Virus record (IMG/VR): IMGVR_UViG_3300019365_000009
Location: 2,229-66,228 of that record
Source of the DNA: a virus
Taxonomy: Duplodnaviria; Caudoviricetes
Reading direction: 5' to 3' (one strand)
DNA: 64,000 nt
Numbering within the stretch: the first letter of the stretch is position 1; each line of letters begins with the position of its first letter. The notes below the pieces were generated by a model. That model made no database searches and was not told the origin of the DNA. It saw only the letters and a program-made list of their open reading frames with translations. The translations under genes and the position numbers were made by a program. Shown here one piece after another: positions 1-7,802 of this stretch.

Positions 1-216
1 CCAAATCGACGGTATGAGATTAACGCTCTTCGGAAACGAGCCGTCTTAAAGGCCGGATTTTCACTATTAAGAGCGATTGTTTCAATAACCTGATGACTGA
101 TAGTGCGACTTCTGTCTGTCGTTTTAATGATATTTCGATACTCCATAAGCAACAGATACTCGACTGGAGCATATACGAAAAGGAAGTGCCCTAATGCAGT
201 CTCGTGGAACTTGACC

Positions 217-456
217 TTAATCTTCCGGGAGTTTATTTTCGGCCCCGGTTTCTTTTTTCTTTTTTGACTTCGACTTTGGGTCTGAGGTTTCGGTGGTTGC
301 TGCCACAACCTCTCCTTCTCCCCAGTCCTGAACTTGATCTCCAGCATTGGTTTCAAGGATTACTTCGGTTGTTGTCGGCTGTTCAGGCGACACACTTTCC
401 TGATGTTTCTGTTTTCTTTGATGGGCGTAATCATTGCCCAGATTGTGAACTTTCAT
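217..456 (-). CDS. hypothetical protein (79 aa, low complexity)
   Basis: Co-oriented with the virion module and fills the gap downstream of 474-1118. Confidence 0.5.
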   Translation of the reverse strand: MKVHNLGNDYAHQRKQKHQESVSPEQPTTTEVILETNAGDQVQDWGEGEVVAATTETSDPKSKSKKKKETGAENKLPED

Positions 457-473
457 ATTGTTTGAATTTGAAG

Positions 474-1118
474 TTAATATTCGGTATCTGCAATTATGAT
501 GTTTATCTTATTGAAGTTGATCATAAATTTCGACATTATGTTTCGGATATCGCGTTCATAGTCTTCGTGGTTGTAATTGACGGTATCGACAATGGCTGGC
601 GCATAAACATTAGTCTGATCAATCGACTCCAGATAATCATCATTATACTTTTTGCCGTTATCCTCATTATCCCACGATAGGGCATTGTTCCAAAGCATAC
701 GATTCTCCCACATACCAGTATTGATGCAGGTCAGGTTCATATTCATACTAACCAATGGTTCAGTATCAACATTCCATCTGAGAGCATTATCCCAGTGTAA
801 CCCATTCCTCCAAACATTACTACTGAAGCAAGATAAGGATTCATTGATACCTTGGGTGATGAAGAAATTATCGTTTTCTTTGAGAAAATGAAGTTGAAGG
901 CGATACTTCAGATACCACTCCAAAGATGACTTCTGAGCAGTGATATGACATTCGATGTATCGCTCCAATCCCCACGCCTTAAAACGGCTATGGGCAGAGG
1001 CAATCGGACTGAGAATGGCTTGTAAAAGCAAGGAAATTTTCTTACCCCTTGCCCAAAAAGGTAATAGTCTGCCGATTAACTTGGCGTTGTCAATATTAGT
1101 GAAATCAATATTTATCAT
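474..1118 (-). CDS. putative baseplate wedge/tail protein with two W-x5-W-x5-W motifs
   Basis: Overlaps the baseplate J-like gene by 4 nt; the position matches P2 gpI / Mu gp48-type wedge genes. Confidence 0.5.
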   Translation of the reverse strand: MINIDFTNIDNAKLIGRLLPFWARGKKISLLLQAILSPIASAHSRFKAWGLERYIECHITAQKSSLEWYLKYRLQLHFLKENDNFFITQGINESLSCFSSNVWRNGLHWDNALRWNVDTEPLVSMNMNLTCINTGMWENRMLWNNALSWDNEDNGKKYNDDYLESIDQTNVYAPAIVDTVNYNHEDYERDIRNIMSKFMINFNKINIIIADTEY

Positions 1119-2056
1119 TCTTGGTCAAGAGAGGCTAAATACTGGTCCATCTTTGAAGCTGCTACCAGTGTAAGATTATCACTATTGATGGTCATAACTG
1201 AATTGGTGTCAAGCAAACGGATATAACCACTCTTCAACCTGATACGATTATTCAGTTCGACCGGCTCATCATATTTTCGATCGGTCGTATTATATGAGCT
1301 GACATAGATTTTAATGCTGTTACTGATGTCAGTAATGTGTTCGGTCTTTCTAATGACATCCAGAACTGACTGGTAGTAGAACATACCATTAAATTCCAGT
1401 TCATTAGCGAAATCAATCATTGCTTGTTGCAATTCCGTCAATGCCTGGGCTGCCGTCACATAACTGTCATTATAATAAATGGGATTGTGCTTGTCTGCAA
1501 TAATGGTGATTATGTCACCGGGAGAGCTTTCGCAATAAATGTCGGCTCCTATAAATTTGATTTGCTGAACATACATTCTGAAAGCGGTCAGCTCATAATC
1601 ATTGAGAGGCATATAAGGAATACCATTATTGACTTCATTAGAGTTGTCATTGGCTTTGCATACTTTCAAAGTGAGCGACATATCATCAGTTTGCCATGCA
1701 GCTTTTTCAATAATTCTGTGAGATGTGTCTGGCTGGACGTATTCAATTTTCATTGTGTCTTCATTGAAACGTAGCTCATCTCCAGTTTCAGTCACACTAT
1801 TGTATTGGAACTTTTTGGCCATCATTGCATACCAATCTGGAGTGCCATTGATGCGACCTTTGAGAACTTCTGCAATCCTTACTTGAAATAGGTCAAGCAC
1901 AGCCTCGTAAGTATGTATGCAGACAGCCACAACATAGGTCAGCAAGTTTAACATACTGAGCTTACTGTTGCTGCGGCCGGTATTGAGTTCTGTCAGCTGG
2001 AGATAATTGTTTCGTGTGCTGACAGCTTCGGAATATATTTGACTTACACTTCTCAT
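1115..2056 (-). CDS. baseplate J-like protein
   Basis: GTPDWYAMMAKKFQY motif recalled from Bacteroidota phage baseplate wedge proteins; gene order. Confidence 0.6.
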   Translation of the reverse strand: MRSVSQIYSEAVSTRNNYLQLTELNTGRSNSKLSMLNLLTYVVAVCIHTYEAVLDLFQVRIAEVLKGRINGTPDWYAMMAKKFQYNSVTETGDELRFNEDTMKIEYVQPDTSHRIIEKAAWQTDDMSLTLKVCKANDNSNEVNNGIPYMPLNDYELTAFRMYVQQIKFIGADIYCESSPGDIITIIADKHNPIYYNDSYVTAAQALTELQQAMIDFANELEFNGMFYYQSVLDVIRKTEHITDISNSIKIYVSSYNTTDRKYDEPVELNNRIRLKSGYIRLLDTNSVMTINSDNLTLVAASKMDQYLASLDQE

Positions 2057-2724
2057 TGCGTGATTATCAGTTTATTTAAGTCCTCAATATTTAAGACCGA
2101 GAGAAATTCATCGGCATAAATAGTTCCGAGGGGATAATAAATACCATTAAGTTCGCGGAAATCCAGTTTTGAACATTCAAAGTCACCATAGAGAGTGATG
2201 ATATGTTTCCCGGACCCTTTATAGCAGTGTTCGACTTCATGCTCTTCAGTTCCTTCTATGATCTGAGGAGCAGAATAATCTCCCCAGTCCACTATAAGGT
2301 GTGTGTCGGCTTTTAACCGCACTATCATATCTGTGGTCTGACCTTGCTGATGTATGACCATCCGGGGAGTATAGAGTGATTCCCAATACATATTCTGCTC
2401 ATCTGATGACATTTCCGAGAGAGAATTGTATATGGCAGAATGATAGGTTGCAATATGACTCTTGACCAGTTCCTCTATATCAAGATAATGATAGATATGC
2501 TCCCCATTTTTAACCAGCACATTATTGTCCTTTAGCCATATTACAATGCTCTTGTTGACAGCAAACTCTTCATGATAGTTAAGAACCATACCATAGGATA
2601 GTTGGGTTTCCATATTGAGCCATTCATTGCTTATCAACAAATCAAAAATGCCCTCTATACTGCCATAGAGAGTCAATGCTACATCGTATATATTTTGTCC
2701 GCTTCGGACTTTATATTGCGCCAT
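2053..2724 (-). CDS. LysM/tail-X-like baseplate protein
   Basis: N-terminal YKVRSGQNIYDVALTLYGSIEGIFDLL is LysM-like. Confidence 0.6.
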   Translation of the reverse strand: MAQYKVRSGQNIYDVALTLYGSIEGIFDLLISNEWLNMETQLSYGMVLNYHEEFAVNKSIVIWLKDNNVLVKNGEHIYHYLDIEELVKSHIATYHSAIYNSLSEMSSDEQNMYWESLYTPRMVIHQQGQTTDMIVRLKADTHLIVDWGDYSAPQIIEGTEEHEVEHCYKGSGKHIITLYGDFECSKLDFRELNGIYYPLGTIYADEFLSVLNIEDLNKLIITQ

Positions 2725-2806
2725 TGATTTTTCAATATTATTTGTTATGGAATAAAGCCGTCCAAGGACATAGTTTATCCAAGGACGGCTTCATGCGGGC
2801 GGTAAA

Positions 2807-3217
2807 TTAGGCTTCAATGCCCATTACCTCCTTGGCGATGGTCTTGGCGAGATCGCGGTATGCCTGGTAAGCCTCGTATTCGGCGGCATACTCAGCAGCT
2901 TTCTCTTCCGATACTGCGCCGGTGCGGGCAGCCAGGAAGTTGGCTGTGATGGCTTCAGACTGATCAGTGTCATACTTGCGCTTGATGAGCGTCGAGAGCA
3001 GCTGAGGATAGCTGAACGGCATTTCGAGGGCGACAACCTCTCTGTCGATTGTTACTACAGCGCAACCGCCGATCTTCTGGACGTGGTTGCCATGAAGATC
3101 CATATCCTTCTGCGCTTCCATTTCGGCAAGCATTTCGGGAGATATGACAGACTCTTCGGGAGCCATAACCTCTTCCTGTTCTACTACAGGTTCATTGTTG
3201 TTGTTGATCTGGTCCAT
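2807..3217 (-). CDS. hypothetical protein, possible tail-fibre assembly chaperone
   Basis: Clean ORF with strong codon bias in the fibre region; function inferred from position only. Confidence 0.45.
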   Translation of the reverse strand: MDQINNNNEPVVEQEEVMAPEESVISPEMLAEMEAQKDMDLHGNHVQKIGGCAVVTIDREVVALEMPFSYPQLLSTLIKRKYDTDQSEAITANFLAARTGAVSEEKAAEYAAEYEAYQAYRDLAKTIAKEVMGIEA

Positions 3218-3255
3218 TGTTCAGATTTTTTGAAAGTTAAAACTGGTGTTTATTA

Positions 3256-4575
3256 TTAATAGTCTCGTTGACTTTCAAGTATGGGAATAGGGGGAATATT
3301 AATTGGGGTGTATTCAACTAACATTCTGATATATTTATCTTTATCATCTCTTTCCTCAAATTCTGCAATAGGCTGAGGAAGTGATAATCTATCTTGATAA
3401 TTATGATTGAGACGGTATCTGATGCGATTCCGAGGATGATATTTCTTTTTCAGTTTGACCACTTCCATGTGACCTTTGATATAAACCCACTTGAAAATAC
3501 GAGGCTCAATCTCCATAAGTCCATTATATCTGATGGCATAACTATCATAATGCCTTAATAATCCTAAGTAACTATTGACTGAGGATAAAGCCTTGATGAT
3601 TTGAGATTTGGTACGACACTGATTCAGTCTGTGAATACTATGCCGGAAGCTGGTGACTGTACGATTTAACGGATAGACTCTTCCCGGTTTAACTACGGCG
3701 CCGGTAAAGTCCAATCCTTTGGTATAATGTTGCATATAGAATTTCTTGGGAGATAGTTTTAATCCAAGAGATTCTAATTTGACCCTAATTTTCGGAATTG
3801 CGTTTAGAATTTGCTCTTTTGTATCGGCCACCAAATAAATGTCATCCACATATCTGCCGTGATATTTGATACCAAACTCCTTTTCAATCGCCCAATCCAA
3901 AGAGTTCAAAAGATAGTTGGCAAACATCTGAGATGGAAGATTCCCGATAGGCATACCCAATCCATTGCCATTTGTAAAGAGTGATTTGCTGGCTGGAAGA
4001 TTATTCCACATTGTTTCAGATGACTGTCTGATACAATTCTCTTCCGGGCAATGACTTAATACCACATGACATAGATAAATCAAATCGTCTTTATCCTCGC
4101 CGTGATACTTTTCTTCCACCAGTTTAACAACCATATCCTCAACCAGTTTCTTAGGGATAGACATAAAGAAACTATTGATGTCAACGGTGGCTACATAGCA
4201 ATCCTGAGTGTAATTATTTGAACACTCGATTATATCTTTCTTCAACTGATCGACACCGGCCAGAGTGCCTTTGCCATTTCTACAGTTGAAAGTGCGATCA
4301 TTAAATTCTTGTTCGATTATTGGCTCTAATCGGAGCCTGATGTAATGATGAATGATGCGGTCTGCAAAATCGGCCGCAAAAACCTCACGATATTTGGGGC
4401 GACTAACGACAAAGCAAATGGAACGTTTCGGACAGTAGGTTCTATTGTTGATGGCTTGCATCATATCATAGAGGTTGCCTTCTACATCAAGAGTAAACCT
4501 GATGCAGTTGTTTGTCCGCGACTTGTGTACGCGACAATCTAAATAGGCTTCTACTAATCCTTCATACGTTACCAT
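3256..4575 (-). CDS. DGR reverse transcriptase
   Basis: Motifs REVFAADFADRIIHH, DINSFFMSI, GMPIGNLPSQ, RYVDD; adjacent to TR and avd. Confidence 0.95.
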   Translation of the reverse strand: MVTYEGLVEAYLDCRVHKSRTNNCIRFTLDVEGNLYDMMQAINNRTYCPKRSICFVVSRPKYREVFAADFADRIIHHYIRLRLEPIIEQEFNDRTFNCRNGKGTLAGVDQLKKDIIECSNNYTQDCYVATVDINSFFMSIPKKLVEDMVVKLVEEKYHGEDKDDLIYLCHVVLSHCPEENCIRQSSETMWNNLPASKSLFTNGNGLGMPIGNLPSQMFANYLLNSLDWAIEKEFGIKYHGRYVDDIYLVADTKEQILNAIPKIRVKLESLGLKLSPKKFYMQHYTKGLDFTGAVVKPGRVYPLNRTVTSFRHSIHRLNQCRTKSQIIKALSSVNSYLGLLRHYDSYAIRYNGLMEIEPRIFKWVYIKGHMEVVKLKKKYHPRNRIRYRLNHNYQDRLSLPQPIAEFEERDDKDKYIRMLVEYTPINIPPIPILESQRDY

Positions 4576-4640
4576 ATCAGCACTAAAAGTGATAATGCCA
4601 TTTATAATTAGTCTTATCTGTTAGCAAAAATGCGATTTGT

Positions 4641-4753
4641 TGAAATGCTGCCACAGCGCGGACGTAGTTGCTGTTCGTGACCTTAGTGTTCCAGTTGTTG
4701 AGGTTGCCGTCGTTCAGGTTCAAGTTCCAAGCGTTCGTCGCCGAGTTCTCAGT
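4641..4753 (-). ncRNA. DGR template repeat (TR), 113 nt, AAC-rich
   Basis: Aligns to VR1 (5525-5634) and VR2 (55173-55285) with all substitutions at TR adenines; lies between avd and RT. Confidence 0.97.
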
Positions 4754-4869
4754 GTATCGGGTACGTTTTCTTATTCTTAACTACACATGGGCAGTAGTAC
4801 CCCCATTTCTCACAGAAGCGCATACTCTATGGTCATCCTTAAACTCCCATACTCTGTGCGTTGCACCGA

Positions 4870-5253
4870 TCAATCAGTCTCATCCGCAGAAGTGCGTTTG
4901 CGATACCTCTTTTTCGATGCGTTCTTCCATGCTGTCACTTGTTTGCCGATAGTCGCCTCCAAATACATGAGATTGGATTGTTGCTTCCGGCTTATCCAAC
5001 GATTATCGCCCGCAAGTCTAACTATCAGTTTGCAGTGTTCAAACTCACAGATGAAGTCGGTCAAATATGCTTCTCGCTCACTCTTGAACATATTTGCCTT
5101 AACAATGAATGTCGGCAATGAGATAGCAATTTTGATCCATTCTTGACCAACGGTGTGTTTTACATCCCTTGGAAAATTCTTTTGAGTGTCAATCACTGCT
5201 TGAATGTAGTGATAGGTTTCAACATAAACCGGCAATTCGTTAGATAAAGCCAT
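4870..5253 (-). CDS. avd: DGR accessory protein Avd (four-helix bundle)
   Basis: 127 aa, basic, helical; LPVY...FPRDVKHTVG pattern; directly upstream of TR-RT. Confidence 0.85.
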   Translation of the reverse strand: MALSNELPVYVETYHYIQAVIDTQKNFPRDVKHTVGQEWIKIAISLPTFIVKANMFKSEREAYLTDFICEFEHCKLIVRLAGDNRWISRKQQSNLMYLEATIGKQVTAWKNASKKRYRKRTSADETD

Positions 5254-5442
5254 TGCAACGGAGTATTAAGAAACACTGCTTTCATCATTTTTACAATAAC
5301 AAACTGATTGCCAGTAGATAATCAGTTTATCCGCATAACATTATAGAAACCCTATAAAGCACACATTGCTTACCTCAGAGTACTGGAACTAATCCTGAAC
5401 CTTCCAAAATGGCGACCGCTCCGAGGTAAGTTGAATGTGTGT

Positions 5443-5514
5443 ATCTCTTCAACCCTAATGCTCGTTGCGCTCGCTCGTCGCTAACGCTCCGAAGAGTTGA
5501 AGGGTTGAAGAGAT
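5443..5514 (-). promoter_or_regulatory. DGR hairpin/cruciform downstream of VR1
   Basis: Perfect 14-bp inverted repeat ATCTCTTCAACCCT (5443-5456) / AGGGTTGAAGAGAT (5501-5514) just 3' of the target stop codon. Confidence 0.75.
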
Positions 5515-5520
5515 AAAGGG

Positions 5521-6342
5521 TTAATGAAATGCTGCCACAGCGCGGACGTAGCGGCTGTTCGCGACCTTAGCGTTCCAGTAGAGGTAGCCGTCGTTCAGGT
5601 GCAAGAACCAAGCGTACGACGCCGAGTACTCAGTCGAGGACCAATGCCAGGACTCAACAAGCGGGCTGGCGCCCGAAATGACTGAGAGGCACAGATTGAT
5701 GGCGTATTTGTGCTTCCAGATGGTGATCAGCTCTGCGATAGAGGGGAGCCACCATTGGCCAGCACCGATACCGACTATTGCGCCATTCCCTTTGTCGTAG
5801 GAGCGATCGTAGGCGTTGCACCATGCAGGTGCAAACTGGGTCCAGGTCTCTTCCTCTTCACCGAAGAGTTCGACACCTTTGGCCATGATAGCGGCGGTGC
5901 GGGTCTTACCTGAGTAGTCAACATACGCTTTGTTGTAGTCGCCGCCGGTATCGGCATTGACTGCGATAGCGTTTTTCGACCATTTGAGCTGAGTGCCGGT
6001 GGGAGAAACGATGATTGGTGCCTGACCGTCAATGAGAACGAGAACACCATCAGCAACTTCGTCAGCGGCTTCGAGGGCAGCCCACTTCCAGTAGGGAACA
6101 GCGAGAGGCCAGTTATCGCTCTTACGGTGGTAGGTCACGAAACAGCCGTCAGTGGCTGCCTGAAGCTGCGGGTTAGCTTCCAGCTGATTGTTGGAAAGAG
6201 TGTCGACCTGATTCTGAAGAGCGACGTCCTTGTCATGCAGAGACTTGATCTGATCTTTCAAGAATTTCTGGACCTGAGCACCAGTTGCCTGGGCACCCTT
6301 TGCACCCCAGTCATCTTCCATTGTTAAAACTTTTTCTGCCAT
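5521..6342 (-). CDS. DGR target protein 1 (C-terminal CLec-like variable domain), probable receptor-binding/fibre tip
   Basis: WWLPSIAEL...WHWSSTEYS..AW motifs; C-terminal VR1; located among fibre genes. Confidence 0.9.
   Translation of the reverse strand: MAEKVLTMEDDWGAKGAQATGAQVQKFLKDQIKSLHDKDVALQNQVDTLSNNQLEANPQLQAATDGCFVTYHRKSDNWPLAVPYWKWAALEAADEVADGVLVLIDGQAPIIVSPTGTQLKWSKNAIAVNADTGGDYNKAYVDYSGKTRTAAIMAKGVELFGEEEETWTQFAPAWCNAYDRSYDKGNGAIVGIGAGQWWLPSIAELITIWKHKYAINLCLSVISGASPLVESWHWSSTEYSASYAWFLHLNDGYLYWNAKVANSRYVRAVAAFH
5525..5634 (-). repeat. DGR variable repeat VR1
   Basis: 12 substitutions versus TR, all at TR adenines, plus a one-codon deletion. Confidence 0.97.
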
Positions 6343-6403
6343 GTTGAAAAATTGAATTAAAAAACTGTTGGTTTATATATAATAGTATCGAGTCATTCAA
6401 ACT

Positions 6404-6865
6404 CTAAATCCCGTTATCCCACACAGCGTCCTGTTGCCAAGGATACTCATTAATCCATAATCCAGTACCTATTACGCCGTAATGGGTGATTATGAATTTT
6501 TCTTCCAGATTACTAAGCCGTTTCTCCATCTCAGTGGCGTGGAACCAAGCGATTTTGGTAGGTATTCCCTGAGCATTGAGAACTACATTCTTAGCAATCG
6601 AAAGCCCCCAGCCATCAGGAACTTGATTGTCGGGGTAGATTACACATTGCCCAGCGTGGAAACCAGCGAGGTTCCCACTTGCCGGGTCTGTATATAGAGT
6701 GTCTGTTTCAGTGGGCTGTTGAGTCGCAACGGGAGTGTACTCATCACGACTCAAAAGAGCAAGCATATAAGTTTTAGTAAGTCCTAACTGCTCCCAGCAA
6801 GACTGAATACTAAAATCTTGACCTGCTATTTTGAGTGTTTGGAATTTTTTTGAAGTATCTGCCAT
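6404..6865 (-). CDS. hypothetical tail-region protein with one C-terminal W-x5-W-x5-W motif
   Basis: Co-oriented ORF ending GLWINEYPWQQDAVWDN. Confidence 0.6.
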   Translation of the reverse strand: MADTSKKFQTLKIAGQDFSIQSCWEQLGLTKTYMLALLSRDEYTPVATQQPTETDTLYTDPASGNLAGFHAGQCVIYPDNQVPDGWGLSIAKNVVLNAQGIPTKIAWFHATEMEKRLSNLEEKFIITHYGVIGTGLWINEYPWQQDAVWDNGI

Positions 6866-6884
6866 TGCGATAAGTTTTTAGAGT

Positions 6885-7742
6885 TTATTCCGCTACTGAG
6901 AATCCGGAAAGCGTGACGGTCTGAGTGGCAGCGTCATACGCTACAGTGTTTGCGGTGGCACCGTCCTGTATTCCGTCAAGTTTGGATTTGAATGCGTTGG
7001 TAAAGTCATTCTGAGAAAGACCTTTACCATCCTCTTTGCTGACTTTGCCATTCAGAGCGGTATCTACCTCAGTCTTGGTATAATAGTTACCAATGTTGAG
7101 GTCGTTGATTGCGGCGGCAATAGCGGCCTTGACTGTAGCGGGATCACCTTCACCACCAATCCCTGTCAAAAGATTTTCGATGTTGGTAATTGCCGCAGTC
7201 ATCTGAGCAGCTTCACCACCATGTTCAGCAGCCCAGTCGATGAGTTCTTTGTAGGAGTTTACTACACCATCATCGGAAACCTTGGTGGCGAAGTCGTTGA
7301 AGGCGTCTGTGATCGCCTTGGAAACTTACCCGGATCCAGTGCCGTTAAGGGTGTCGATTTTGCCACTGAGGGTAGATACCTCAGAAGATTCGGCTTTAGC
7401 GTCGATAACCGCCTTCAAAGCTGCGTCCAGCTCATCAGCTGACACATTGGCCTTATAAGCAAGAGCAGCGAGGCCCCTGATAGGAACATCAGTTCCCTGC
7501 ACTGAGATGGTGCCGTTGGTCGAACCCGTTGCAATCAGAATATCGACAATTTTGGAAGCGATACTGAGAGCAACCCCATTAACCTTGACACCTTCCAGTA
7601 CGTTAGCTTCTGCACCTGCTGAAATGCCGGCAAGTTTGTTGAAATCTTCAGGAGACATCAAACCTGCCTGGTCAGAAGCAGCTGCTGGGATGACGAAGGA
7701 TTCTCCACCAATGACAAAGCGTGTAACTTTAAGATCTGCCAT
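6885..7742 (-). pseudogene. fibre-like virion protein interrupted by a single in-frame TAA (7326-7328)
   Basis: ORFs 7326-7742 and 6885-7202 share a frame; the 41 intervening codons are open (VSKAITDAFNDFATKVSDDGVVNSYKELIDWAAEHGGEAAQ); C-terminal KVSKEDGKGLSQNDFT fibre-type motif. Confidence 0.7.
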
Positions 7743-7802
7743 TTTGTTATTTATTTGAAGTATATAAAATTACGAGTCATTACTCCCTCGTAAATAGAGT
7801 TT

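Noticed and set aside
4668-5146. Plus-strand ORFs overlapping TR and avd
   Set aside because: They are antisense to the DGR elements; TR openness reflects its codon-like AAC structure.
7326-7328. Genome-wide stop-codon reassignment
   Set aside because: Only one gene is interrupted and the codon is TAA; TAA, TAG and TGA all end normal, tightly packed genes elsewhere.
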